Part shown: piece after piece, positions 1 to 13,518 of the stretch | Layout: every line of letters begins with the position of its first letter | How positions within the stretch are numbered: the first letter of the stretch is position 1 | From: Lama guanicoe | Lineage: Eukaryota | Direction of reading: 5' to 3' | Assembly: GCA_013239625.1 (NCBI GenBank) | Contig: MU056050.1 | Coordinates: 2,404,084-2,468,083 of the forward strand | DNA: 64,000 nt | The notes under the pieces: model-generated | The model's input: the letters and a program-made list of their open reading frames with translations, nothing else | What the model was told of the DNA's origin: nothing | Database searches by the model: none | Made by a program: the position numbers and the translations under genes

Positions 1-432
1 TTCTGGACAAATAGAGAAGTTGCTATGTCCAAAGCTGGTTTCTCATCCTCAAAACAAAAGTACTTTTGATTACTTTGGCTCTTCTTGCTCTTTCTAAAAT
101 TAAGAAGAATCAAAAGAGTACAATAACAAAGTAAATATCTCTTGAGTATCCTAAGTTTGATATTCTGATATTCATTGATAACCTGCACTGAATAATATTA
201 ATTATGCAGTTACTAAAACTCAAATAATTCAGACTAACAACTTCAGAAAACTTGCCTTTTTTACTTGAAATGATTTAATTTAGCTCAATTTCATATAAAA
301 AGACATTCTGAAAAACTCAAAAGTATTTGAATTACAAACTAAAACTATTTAAAGCTAGTTTATAAACAGTGATTATACTCACATGACTTATAATACTATC
401 TCCTCTATAAGTAAAAAAATACATATATTCTT

Positions 433-585
433 GGGGAAGGGTATAGCTCAGTGGTAGAGCACATGGCTACTAGCATGCACAAGGTTCTGGGTTCAATCTC
501 CAGTACCTCCATTAAAAATAAATAAAAACCTAATTATCCCCCCTCCTCCATAAATAAATACATACATACATACATACATACATAA
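433..585 (+). mobile_element. tRNA-derived SINE (camelid vic-1-like) with a (TACA)n/A-rich tail
   Basis: GGGGAAGGGTATAGCTCAGTGGTAGAGC head (A box) and GGTTCAATCTCC (B box); flanked by the near-identical TSD aaaaata(c/t)atatattct. Confidence 0.88.
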
Positions 586-716
586 AAATATATATATTCT
601 AGATTTGTAGAAACATTTGTAAAATCCTTAGTTTGAAGAACATTTTATATAAAACAGTACATTAATTTACCAAACAACACCTTTTACAGGTGAAATAAAG
701 GCTTATTAATACCTAC

Positions 717-768
717 CTAATATGCAGAATACATCAGCAAGAATGGAGGGCATATCCTCACGAAACTC
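717..768 (-). CDS. THOC2: THOC2 coding exon 4 (52 nt): EFREDMPSILADVFCIL(D); the gene continues beyond the left edge of the window
   Basis: aattag| acceptor and |gtaggt donor; phase 0 start; peptide matches THOC2. Confidence 0.96.
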
Positions 769-2837
769 CTAATTTAAAAAAACCACAATTATTTATAGTA
801 AATGCCACTAGCAAGTATTATGGTTTCAGAATAACACTCTTTAGTAAAACTTGAAAACTAACAAAACCCTAATACCACTATGTTAACAAATAATAAAATT
901 CTTCAAGTTTCATAATATAGAGTAAACAAAAAGAGGGAGATAATGGTTAGGAAAAACATGTTTAAATGTCTACCATGAAATAACAATAAAAAATAGAAAC
1001 TTAAACAAGCACCTTAGGAAATAATAAAGAGCACAAATGAGTAACATTTTTCCCATGAGATTTCATGTTAGAAACCACCGGAATTTGGAGTACCTCACAC
1101 CTACTTAAACCAAGACTGTTAAAAATGGTACACTTTAAAACTTTAATGTTGTCCTCATGCCTGAGTCAACACTGATCAAAGCAAAAATCACAGAGTTATC
1201 GGAAGAACAGAAATCTAAAAAACACAATAACATTTACAAGCTGTTGTCTCATAACTCAAGATTCTCTGAAGACAAAAATAATTGCCAAAACTTGATCTTT
1301 ATTTTCTTTATGCACTGATGTTTGTAGCCTTTGGAGAAATTGACCCAGAACTCTCCCCTCATTTCTGGATGAAAATTTCAGCATTTATCTTAGATTTGTC
1401 TCCTGACTTTCCACTCCTACGCCCAATTTTAGAGCCATCTTCCATTAGTAAGAATCATAGTTCAATTATTACAATTAGTTTGCTGGCACTATAGCAACTC
1501 TAAAATTAGCCTAGTTTCATAGACTAAAGGAAAAAGCATAATTCTAAAGAAAAAACTGGCAACTGTAAGAGATGCAAGATGTGTTTCTGTGCCTAAAGCA
1601 TGGTACAGTGAGATATGGAACTATGAGAATCTAGCCATGAGAAAGACAACCCAGCAGCAGAAGTATATACATCTATCACTAAGGACTCAAAAGAAAGGGA
1701 AGCTAAATAAGAACTAAATACACATTAAGTTCATTTGGACTATTCATTTTCAATAAATGGGAAAAGGATTAGAATCAAATTCCACTAACACACTAAACTC
1801 TATACTGATGCCCAATTTACAGAATAAAACAAACTTAACTGTCAACCAGACTTTAGTCTCAAGTTTAAGCGCTACAAACTCTGGCTATGTCTTCTTGAAT
1901 GTAAGTGCTCAGGCTACTAGAAGACCAGAAACAACAGAGCAAGACAAGAGTTTTCAAACATGGAATACTAGTTGTTTAAGAAACAAACTACTCCAACATG
2001 AACTAATGTTGTTACTATCAGATAGAGACAGTTTAGGGATAAAAGAAAAACTCATATTGAATCTCTACTGCTCAAATACAACTCAACATGTTGGGGAAAA
2101 AAATCACAACAGCTAAACACAGAAATTCCTTAAGACTATCCTCAGGAAAGCGTAAAAATCATACAAAGGAGATTACCAACCCTAACAGAAAAAGGCTACA
2201 GAAGCTTAAAGCAGCACAGGGGAAATTCATACTGATATCAAGAAGTTCTAGGTCCCACCTCAATAATGCTTATTATGAAACCTGTTCTCAACTGGGCAGA
2301 TAATGTTATTTATACAAGTGTAAAACCCAGCCTAATAATAATAGAACATATTACTTCTAAAAAATGAAACTTAACTACTGATTTACAATAAACATCCTCA
2401 CAATTTGAAAACTTATCTTTCAATTTAAATACCAAACAATCATGAAAAGTATCTGGTCTGAATCTAAGTTCCCTAATAAATAAAAGAGTGAAACAGAATA
2501 ACCACTTAAAAGTTAGGGGGAAAAAATCTAGTTATTTTCTAAAACAAACAGTAAACAGATGAAAATTAGCATCAAGTGAATGTTAGAGATATGCAATTTC
2601 AATTTAAAATAATTTAATCTTCAATTTTTAAAGTATATTTAATTTCTAAACATAACCACAAACAAAAGAAAATGCTTTCATATGCTTTATTAGGAGAATA
2701 TTCTAGTCAAATTATTTTTTATAGTAGCCTTTCTTTTGCCCTCCAAGGTTACCTAACATTTTCTGCTCTACTCACAACCAGACAAAAAGATTAAAATATC
2801 TTTATTTCTGACTAGCAACAATGGCTTACCAATATTA

Positions 2838-3134
<297 letters not shown>

Positions 3135-3629
3135 CTACTTCTTAGAATTATTATAAACATCAATAATGCTTTTCTCTAGCAGACTTTTTTCTTTTATTTT
3201 CACAAAAACATAGTACTTAAAGAGTAGAAAAAAGTTAACCTTGACTACACCACTATAACTACTGCTTAAGCATTCCCTTCCAACCTCTTTCTGTATGTCT
3301 ACATATTTTACATACTTGCATTCACAATGCACATCATCTGGTATTCTGATTCCCCCACAAACACTTTTAAAAGCATTTTCTCAACAAAAGTCTCCAAAAT
3401 TAAATGACTGCATAAAATGCCAACAAGTGAATATAAACCAAATTAACCATTTCTCTCACCAGGAGATTTCACAGATTTTTCTAGCTATATTCAGATTATA
3501 GTCAATTTAATCTTAGGGCTGCATTGACAACAGGTAAGGAATAGCAGTAAATATAAAATTTAACTTTTATCCATATCCTAAATTTCATTTTCTCTTCTAT
3601 TTCCATCAGAATTTAAACTAAAATACATT

Positions 3630-3790
3630 CTGCCCACTGTATCTGCAGGTTTTGCAACTGCAGATATGGAGGGCCAACTTTATTTGCTGTACTATGCCAT
3701 TTTATACAAGAGACTTGAAGATCCTTGAATTCTGGTACCCAAGAGGGCCCCTGGAACCAATCCCCTATGGATACTGAGAGAAGACTGTAA
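3630..3790. mobile_element. TcMar-Tigger (MER2-like) non-autonomous DNA transposon fragment
   Basis: Ends in ...ctggaaccaatcccctatggatactgagagaagactg|ta, typical of MER2-type termini with a TA target. Confidence 0.7.
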
Positions 3791-6776
3791 TTATATATGT
3801 ACATACACACATAAAACAGCAGTCCTATGAAAACTGTCAACCAGAAGTACAGTAGTCTCACTCACTATTAATTAACATAGACCTCTTTCTTGGAGAAGGA
3901 ATTCTGGGTTGGGGGAGGAGTTAATGGTCAAGTGAACACCTCCTTCCAGTCATCTTTCTCCTTAGTCCCAGACAATAAAATCTTTACCTCCTTCCTCTCA
4001 TTAAAAGTAAGGACACAAGTAGCTCTAAAAACATTAATGTAAAATAAAGTCAATTTATAAGCCCCTTTTAAAGAGAATCAAAAAAAATCTTTTAGGGCAA
4101 AATAGCAAGTAAGAAATCAAGTGTTTAAAAATTTCCTCTTTTGGTTTGACTATTAGCCACAAAAAAAGGAACAAAAAAGCAAACCTAGATCAATCCCTCT
4201 TTAAACAATGAAAATAGTATTTTACAATGAAATGAATTTGTCCATTAAATTATTCACAAAAGAAATATAGCCAGATTATCCCAATTCCTTATGAAGGATT
4301 CATTAAATATACGCTACCTTTCTGACAAATATCCCTTCATTATGCTTATTATAAACTACATAAAAGCTAAAATGCAAAGGAAAAAAATTCTATTTGTTAG
4401 TATGATAGGAATATGAAGTCAATTTCATGCTTTCTATTTCTGTTAATAAAGTGCTTTTACAACAAATAATATTCATTTGAAGTTCTCCAGATAACTAAGA
4501 TTTTTTTAAAAAGCAATCACTCTTAGAAGGACAAAACAGCTGAGCATCATAAACTAAATTCCCATTAGAATACGGGCTCATGGGGGCTGAGGGAATTCTA
4601 ATCTTAATCAAAGGAGACTGAAGTAGAGAACAAATGGCCCAGGTCATTTTGCTGACACTATGTAACATAAAAACAATCACAATGTAATCTACAAAATAGC
4701 AAAGATAGTCCCAATTGACATGTTACTTAAATGTCCGTTTAAGTGGGTAGGAACTCCTGTTTTATTTTATCCATAGAAACAGTAAGTGGTGCCTTAGGAC
4801 TACCAAGGCTAATACCAGAAAGCCCTGCAAAATCTATATTAAAGTTGAAAAACTTTACATTTACAATGGGGAGGAAACTTACAACTCTTATTATCACACA
4901 CAAAAGAATAAATAAAAGATTTTTATCTTAATGTTAACATTTCAGAAAAAGCAGGTTTAAGAACAGCCCCAAGTAAAAGAGACTTTAGAGACTCTAAACA
5001 TTCTTGGTGGGATTTGAACATTTTAGGCACCAGTTCTTGGTTATGTGGAATATCACTAGGACTACTCACGTTTATCAGCTCTCCTTACAATGTCATTTTG
5101 TTGGGGGGAAGGGACTTATAAAAAGAACAAGGAGAAGTGTGTGCAAGGGAAACTACCTGTCTGAAATGAAATCAATGTGAGGGAGGGATAGAAAGGGAAA
5201 GGGCAGAAGGAACACTACCCAAACTCAATCCCCCTGAGATAGAACAAAGGAAATTCTGAAGAAATGACAGCCAGTTTGCTGCACGGATTACCAATTGGGG
5301 CCCTCAGACCAAAGCTTGATTATTGGCAGATACCAGCCAGAGTTTATGTGTCAAGGAAGCAGGCAAGAGCTAGCAAAAGCAAGCACCAGCAATTCAGCCA
5401 ATGAGGCCACACTCCTATTTTTTGTTTCATACACAAATCAGAACGACTGTGCAAATTAACAATAATCTGATAGTTATTAATTATCCACACATTCCCATTT
5501 AAAACCCAAAGAGTAGTCACCCTGTTATGCTATTTATAGCTTTTTTGAGAGTCCTTTTTCTTATTTTATCCACTTAAGGTTTCAATCGCAAACAAGAGCA
5601 AACTTAATGGAGAAGTTAAAAACTTGTTTTAACTGAGGGGGGGAGTAAGTATCCAAATGCTTTTAAAAAGGAGTCTTTTTTTTACTTTCTTACACTTCTG
5701 ACAGTTAACTGACTTATTCAAATAAGAAGGCATTATATCGACCTCATTTATGAATGATTACGCAGCTTTATAAGCAGGATGAACTGGAAAATAACTTTAG
5801 GGATGTGGACTAGGAAAGTTACGTCTTAAAACAAGTCTTATCTAACGAAAGGAAAAAAGGCTCACTCATTTGTTTAAAAATGCCTTCCACTCAAAAATCC
5901 AAATGTTCTTTAAAAAGTACAATTCTCATATTAATATTTAATTTTGATAAAAGAAAGTAAACTTATCTATAGAATTTGGTTCTTAATCTATCCACAAAGG
6001 CATGATTTAAACAACCATTATGAATTTTATCTAATAATCTTTTATTTAAAATAGGATACTGATTATACATTATTTTTCCAGACTGAAAAAAATGTTATGG
6101 GTTCTGCCCTTAATGAAAGCTACGTAAGAAAATTACTTTAAATTTACTGGACATTAATTGCTTTTGTTTTCACCCATCCTTTTCTAAATCCACATATTTC
6201 ATTTTCAATTAATGAACACTAAATAGTAAAATCTTTTACAATTCAAACAATTTAATCTGAAATTTTTCCATCTTGTTAAATTACATAACATTTTACTTAA
6301 TAAAACATATTTGCAATATGCAATAGTAAACAACTCCTTTGCTCTTAATGTTTTCCATGACAACTGCCTTTAATAAGATCCCCAGATACCACCTAAACAT
6401 AACCAGCTTTAGTAAAAACACTGAACCTCAGTTTCCGGAAATTTCCTAGTACAAACAAGATCAGAATAGTTTTTCTTTCCATGGTAGCTCTTCTCTTTTA
6501 CCTAGCCTGTATAATTTTTACTACTGTGAGGAACTGCTGAAATTTAGCTAAATATACCATGTTACAGTTATAAAAGCCAAGCAATATCATAGTACTATCA
6601 CACTGGTCAAAAACACCCATATACAGATATACAGTTTTACTAAAACTATAGTTTAAATCCCAACTGTAATACATTCATATAAAAGCTTTATACATGTTTT
6701 TGTTTTTATTCATAGAATTTAATGGAAAACAGGATATTTATTAATTTTGACCAAGCCAAAAATAATAAAGTCTTAC

Positions 6777-6835
6777 CTCTATAAGTTGAACTATCATGGC
6801 TTTTATTTTCACTGAGGATTCGGCATAAATGTAAA
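6777..6835 (-). CDS. THOC2: THOC2 coding exon 2 (59 nt): (F)LHLCRILSENKSHDSSTYR(D)
   Basis: ttctag| acceptor and |gtaaga donor; continues exon 1 in phase 2; peptide matches THOC2. Confidence 0.97.
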
Positions 6836-6923
6836 CTAGAATAAAACAAATGTGTATTAATTTCTAATCCTAATATACATAATCCTTACAGAGCAAATTA
6901 TACTTATATCAACTAAAAATACT

Positions 6924-7040
6924 GGGGCGGGAGGGGAGAAGGGTATAGCACAGTGGCAGAGTGTAAGCTTAGCATGCAGAAGATCCTGGGTTTAATACCC
7001 AGTAACTCAATTAGAAAAAATAAAATTAAAAAATAAAATT
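6924..7040 (+). mobile_element. tRNA-derived SINE (vic-1-like)
   Basis: gggtatagcacagtggcagag...cctgggtttaatacccag with an A-rich tail; TSD aaaaatact. Confidence 0.85.
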
Positions 7041-7161
7041 AAAAATACTTGGAAATGTATCAGATATTCTGAAATTCATTAGTTTAGAATTTAAATAAAA
7101 CAAACCTAAAAACCCTAACTGGTCAGAACTGGAGGATGCTAGTGAATCAATTCATTATTTT

Positions 7162-7292
7162 GGCTTTGGGGGGGGTTGGGGGCTGGCAGTAATTAGGTTT
7201 ATTTTTTTTTTTTAACTGGGGTACTGGGTATTGAACCCAGGACCTCCTGCATGCTAAGCACGCTCTCTACCACTGTGCTATACCCAACTCCT
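7162..7292 (-). mobile_element. tRNA-derived SINE (vic-1-like)
   Basis: Reverse complement of the same family; perfect 15-nt TSD tcaattcattatttt (7147-7161 and 7293-7307). Confidence 0.88.
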
Positions 7293-7924
7293 TCAATTCA
7301 TTATTTTGAAAACTGGCAAATAAAAGAATGAAAACCAAACACTTATTCTGCCTTTTGTATATGAACCAACAGTTCATAAGAAATGCCTCTATTAGTATTT
7401 CAGTTAACAAATAAAGAAGGAATAACAGAATTAGAACATTACTATTTTAAGATTCCTAATAAAGGATCTAGGCATCTATCAATGGCTGTTCACATCACAA
7501 GAAGTGATTATCAGATACTATGTGCCTCCTGATCCTGATGAAAGAATACACACACCACCACCTGTGAAGTTGCCTTTAAAGGGGTGGGGAGAATAAACTT
7601 AAATTCAAACTGCGAGAAACTCTTTAGGTCAATGGTCAGCCTCTTCAACAAATACATTACAAGGAAAAGTAAAAGATGGTGGGGATCCTCAGGGTAAAAA
7701 AGGCTTGAGAGATGGATCACATGTATGAATCCTTACTTGGATCCTGTCTTAAACAAATATTTTAAAAATTAACATTTATGAGTCAATTGGAATATTTTAT
7801 AGACTCAATGTTCAAGAGATGCCTAAAAGATACTGACAAAATTCAACATCAATTCACTATTTTTTTTAAAAAAGACCTTTAGAAAAATAGGAATAGAAAA
7901 AAAAAACTGTTATAATTTAATAAA

Positions 7925-8270
7925 GCAGCAGTTCTGATAGTGTGGTTACTGAATCCCTGCACCCCAAGACATTTTCTACAGTTCTGCAAGGTCAAAACTA
8001 TATTCATAATAATACTAAGACTTCATTCCCCTTCTTTTGATGTATTGACATTTGCACTAATAGTTCAAAACCAACGGAAAGTAAAATTGCTGGCACCTTA
8101 GCATATATCAAGGTAGTAGCACCAAACTGTCTCACTGAATTCTTCATGATCAAGAAATGGAAATCAAAGAATAAAGCCAGTCTCATGCAAGACGTCATTA
8201 AACTGTTTCATTATATTTTTCATGACTATTCACTAACAAAAGCCAGTTTCACTTAAGAATGTCCTTGATG
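7925..8270. mobile_element. hAT-Charlie (Charlie1-like) fragment
   Basis: aggtcaaaactatattcataataatactaagac...gtaaaattgctggcaccttagca resembles the remembered Charlie1 end sequence. Confidence 0.6.
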
Positions 8271-10980
8271 GGAGTGACATCAGCAAGATGGCAAAATAGG
8301 AAAGCCCCAGGCCTTCCTTCCTCCTATAGAAACTGGAATCAACAATACACGTACCAATTCCCTTTATGAGAAATTCAGAAACCAGTTAAGAGGCTCCTGC
8401 ACCCCAGGCAAGCACTAAGCCAGCTGCAAAGCCCATAGGAAAATTTATGACACCCTTTCACCATAGTCCCTCCTCCTGGCACAGCACCACACAAGCGGAA
8501 GGGAACTCCAGCTCCCAAATTCTCTGGGAAGGGAAAGAGAAGACTGGACTTTACATCTAATATCCTGACTTGGGGGTTGAGGGGTAGCTTGGCAATCTCC
8601 CCGTCGGGGGAAAAAGACTGGAGCGTGTGTCCAATATTCTAGCTTTTGGGGCGACTGCCTGAGGGACTGGTTTCTGTCTAGCCTGACTTAAGATGCTGAC
8701 GGTACCCTGCATACTCTCTAGCTGCCTGGGAGCCACTAAGAACAAAAAAGAGCTGGGTGGTGTGCTGCTGCTTCAGAAGACCCACGGTACAACAGATGGA
8801 CACCAGAGGATGCAAGAAAGTGCAAGTTTCTGGAGAGAAAAAAAAAAAGAAATGAAAATCCTTTTAATCTGTAATCTACACACGAATCCAGAGTAGACAC
8901 ACCCAGAGAAAAGGTTTGAGAAGCCCCCAGAATCTACAGTCAAGCTGTGGTAAAGGCCTTTCCCTGAACTAAAGCAGCCCATAAAGACTGGGATAAAAGA
9001 GTGTTTTTTCAAATGCAAGGACACAACACAAAATTACAAGAAACAGGGAAAATGGCCCAATAAAAGGAACAAAATGTCTCCAGAAACTGATCCTAAAGAA
9101 TTAAAGGTATATCAATTATGTGACAAAGAATTTAAAATAACCATCATAAAGATGGTCAATGAGCTCAGGAAAATGATGAACAAAATGAGAATTTCAACAA
9201 AAGAAAATAAATTTTAAAAAGAACCAAACAAACAAACTTTGGAACTAAAGAATGTAATAACTAAACTGAAAATTTCACTAGAAAGGTTCAACAGCATTAT
9301 GAATAGTCACATACAAAAGAATGAAACTGCACACTACTTACATCATACACAAAAATCAACTCAAAATAGATCAAATACATAAAAATAAGGCCTGAAACTG
9401 TAAAACCCTAGGAAAAACATGGGGAAAGCTTCATGACATTGGTCCTGGCAATGATTTCTTGAATATGACACCAAAAGAACAGGCATCGAAGCAAAAACAG
9501 ACACGTAGGACTACTTCAAACTAAAAATTGTGTGCACAGCAAAGAAACAACGAACAGAATAAAAGGCAACCTACGGGATAGAAGAAAATATTTGCAAACC
9601 ATGTATTGATAAGGGGTTAATATCCAATATATATATACAAACATCTGTAATTAAATAGCAAAAAAAGCTTAATTTAAAAATGAGCAAAGAAAATGAATAG
9701 ACATTTCTCCAAAGAAGACATACAAATGGCTACTAAGTGTATGAAAAGATGCTCAACATCACTTATCAGAGCAACACAGATCAAAACCACGATGGTCCAT
9801 ATCACCTCACATCTGAAAGGATGGTCATTATAAAAAAAAAAAACCTCAAACAAAAAAACCAGTAATGACACCTGATAAAGGGCTATAATCCAAAATATAT
9901 GAATAACTTAAAACTCAACGATAAGAAAACAACCCATTTTAAAAATTAGCAAAAGACCTTAACTGACACTTCATCAAAGAAGATAGACAGATGGCAAATA
10001 AGCATATGAAAAGATGCTCCACATCAAATATCACCAGGGAAATGGAAATTAAAATAACAAAGAGAAACCACTACACACACCTATCAGAATGGCCAAAATC
10101 TGGAATACTGCCAACACCAATTGCTGGTAAGGATGTGGTGCAACAGGAACTCTCAATCATCGCTGGTGGGAATGAAAAATGGTAAAGCCACATTGGAATC
10201 GTTTGGTGGTTTCTTACAAAATTAAACATACTCTTGGCCTTATAATCCAGCAATCCCACTCCTTGATATTTACCTAAGAGAGGTGAAAACTTACATCCAC
10301 ACAAAAACCTGCACATGGATGTTCACAGCAGCTTTACTCATAATTGCCAAAACTCAGAAGCGACCAGGATGTCCTTCAAGTAGGTGAATGGATAAACAAA
10401 CTGGTACATTCACACTGTGTGAATATTCTGTTCATTGTGTGGAATACTACTTAGCACTGAATAGAAATGAACTATCAAGCCATAAAAAGACATGGAGGAA
10501 CTTTAAATGCATATTACTAGGTGAAAGAAGCCAATCTGAAAAGTCTACATAGTATATGTTTCCAACTACATGACATTCTAGAAAAGACAAAACTATGGAG
10601 ATAGTAAAAAGTTCAGTGGTTGCCAGGGGTTGAGGGTAGGAGGGATGAAGAGGCAGAGCACAAAGGATTTTTAGGACAGTGAAAATACTCTGTTTGATAC
10701 TATAATGATGGATGCACATCATTATACATTTGTCCAAACCCAAAGAATGTACACCACCAAGAGTGAAGCCAAAGGTAAACTACGAATTTTGGATGATCAT
10801 TATGCGTCAATACAAGTTCATCAATCCTAACAAATGTACCACTCCAGTGGGGAATGTTGATAATGGGGGAGGCTGTGCATGTGTGGGGGCAGAAGGTAAA
10901 TGGGAAATCTCTGTGCCTTCCTCTCAATTTTTCTGTGAACCTAAAACATCTGTGTTAAAAAAAAAAAGTTAATTCTTAAA
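8270..10980 (+). mobile_element. Composite of old LINE-1 fragments (5' region/ORF1 remnant, ORF2 C-terminus, L1M-type 3' UTR), antisense to THOC2
   Basis: Track ORFs give decayed L1 ORF2 peptides ([12 protein letters not shown]...); A-rich sense strand; poly(A) at ~10960-10990. Confidence 0.88.
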
Positions 10981-10995
10981 AAAAAAATAAAAACG

Positions 10996-11362
10996 GACTA
11001 TGAAATAGATAAGCAACAAGGATATACCACATAGCACAGAGAATTGTAGTCCTTATCTCGTAATCACCTCTAATGGAGCATAATCTGCAAAAATACTGAA
11101 AAACTATGCTGTACACCTGAAACTAATATTACATTGTAAATCAACTATACTTCAATTAAAAATTGGGGGCGGTTCTACAGTTCAGTATATATCCCACAAA
11201 AACACATGCTTGCATACACCAAGATATTTGCATAAGAATGTTTTATTGAACATATGTATGTTTATGTATGACTGAAGGATTATGCTGTACACCAGAAACT
11301 GACATAGCATTGTAAACTGACTATACTTCAATTAAAAAATAAAGGAAGAAAAAAAAAAAAAC
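10996..11362 (+). mobile_element. Two short lineage-type L1 3' ends in tandem, within older L1 sequence
   Basis: tatgctgtacacc...cattgtaaa..actatacttcaattaaaaa occurs twice, followed by A-rich tails. Confidence 0.75.
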
Positions 11363-13448
11363 AATGTTTCTATTGGCACTGCTGTTAACAGCCAAAAACT
11401 GAAAACAATGTAACTGTTCATCAGTAGCATAAGAGATAACAAATTGTGGTATAGTTACACAATGAAACATCTTTTAACTATGAAAATCAAAGAGTTGCAA
11501 ATACTTGCAAAAACATGAATGGATCCTAAAGACATAATGTTGAGTAAGATTGCCAGATACAATAGAACACACCCTCTATGAGTCCATTTATACAAAGTTC
11601 AAGAAGAACAAACAAACTTATTTGGGTAGCAAAACTAAATAAAAACAAGGAAGAGAAAGTCACAAATGTCAGTTACCACAGGGGAGGTAAAGAGGGTACA
11701 ATCAAGAAGGGGGATTATGTTGTCTTGACCTGGGTATGAGTTACATGGGTGTGCAACTTATAGTGATTCTCTAAGCTCCACATTTAGGTTTTATGCACTT
11801 TTCTATTTTTTTTTAATTTCACAATTTAGAAAAAGAAACATTCTTATTACAAGTTGCACAAAGCTCTAATGCAATGAATGCGTATGTTTCTTACTCTTTT
11901 ATGTCTAAAAATCCTTTTTCCATAGTCAGTAAAATAACTTTGAGACTTGTAGAATATGTTTATATATCACATCTAAGGTGAAATATGCCACATTACAATC
12001 ATCCACAGACAGATTATCTACTTTGCAGATTATGCATGCCCTTGCACCTCACCTCTGTCTTTTAATTGTTTCAATACTCCATCATCAGGATGAGCAGGGT
12101 AAGGTTGTTAAAATTCAATTAACTTCTGGTCAACAATTCACTTCTAGGTCTCACACAGGCCTTCCAATGTGTTCAGAACAGTGGTTAAGCTTCTAATTTC
12201 TCAAAATAAGTTAAACCTACCACAAGCTTATCTCAAATATAAAACAAAAATCAATCTCCCTTCCAATAGGCAACACAAAAATATCTGCTTCAGGCTAGCA
12301 TCAGAGAATATAACCTAAAAATGTCTGATATCTAGCTCCTTTTCTGTTGAGGGTAAATACATCAAGACTGCTTCAATTTGCTATCAGGTACTAAAACAAG
12401 TCCCCCTGTGGTTCTCACTGTCCCCATAAGTTCAATTCCCTTTAGAATGCAGTAGCGGGAAATACTGCATCTTTGATGGAAGAATGCAAGGGAATCAAGT
12501 AACTCATCTTTCCCTTTGTATCCAGGCTACTAAAAAGCAAGGTCAAATATTCCTTCTTATTGTGAATGTGTTTGCTTATTCACAATTCAATAGCTTCATT
12601 TTCTATTTGTTTTAATAAGCTTAATGCAGACGTCTTTTGATATAATCCTTCCAGGGGGTAGGGGGGGAATGTCAGTGTTCCAAATCCCACTTAATCTAAT
12701 GGTAGTCATTGTTACATAATTTTAAGAAATAATTGAAATATAATTCCATCTTGTCTGTCACAAGGCCATAAACATATTCATCAGGATGCAGGAGATAATG
12801 TCATCATGAGCTTAATTAGCATCTCAAATATTTGTTCATATTGTGTAAGAAATTATTGATAGGTTATTATGATAAGGCAACCTGCTTGTGTAATAGATAT
12901 TTTTATTTCCCTAATATAAAACAGTTCTTTCTTAGTTGTAGGATACTAAAAGCAATCATTAAGAATTTTCCTCCAATCAGTAGATTTGTCCGTGCTCTTC
13001 TCCCTTAGTAATCCACTAACAGAAAATCATGAAGCATCCTTAAAGAAACAATTTTGCCTCTGAATACTGCATGTCTTACTACACCTGTTACTCACCTCTA
13101 ATACTCAATTCTAAACTATAAGGGGAACTACCTCCAACAGTTGCCCATTTTAATGTGGCTTTTAAAATAATCAAATATTCTGTCTCAGTACCAGTTCAAA
13201 TGATTATTTTAGTCCCTTAGTAACCCCCAAATAAGAGTTTACCATTTTCTCCATTTTTATAGCAGTCTGGTGCTAATGTAGAAATGCTATCTCAGGTCCC
13301 TGAGAACAAGGAATGCAATTTCTGTCAAAGATCTGTGAAACTTAAACTGAATAAAATGTCTTAGATTCTTCCAAGAACTTAAGTATTTTGTGAATACTTC
13401 TTAACATGAGTATTTAGCTTTCTACCTTACTTGATCCTGTTTTCCAGT

Positions 13449-13500
<52 letters not shown>

Positions 13501-13518
13501 GACGAAACGAAACGAAAC
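13449..13518. repeat. (GAAA)n microsatellite grading into (CGAAA)n
   Basis: Directly visible tandem repeat. Confidence 0.95.

Noticed and set aside
433..510. tRNA-like sequences here and at 6924, 7162, 50152 and 54054
   Set aside because: They have A/B boxes but also A-rich tails and TSDs and lack a proper cloverleaf; they are SINEs, not tRNA genes.
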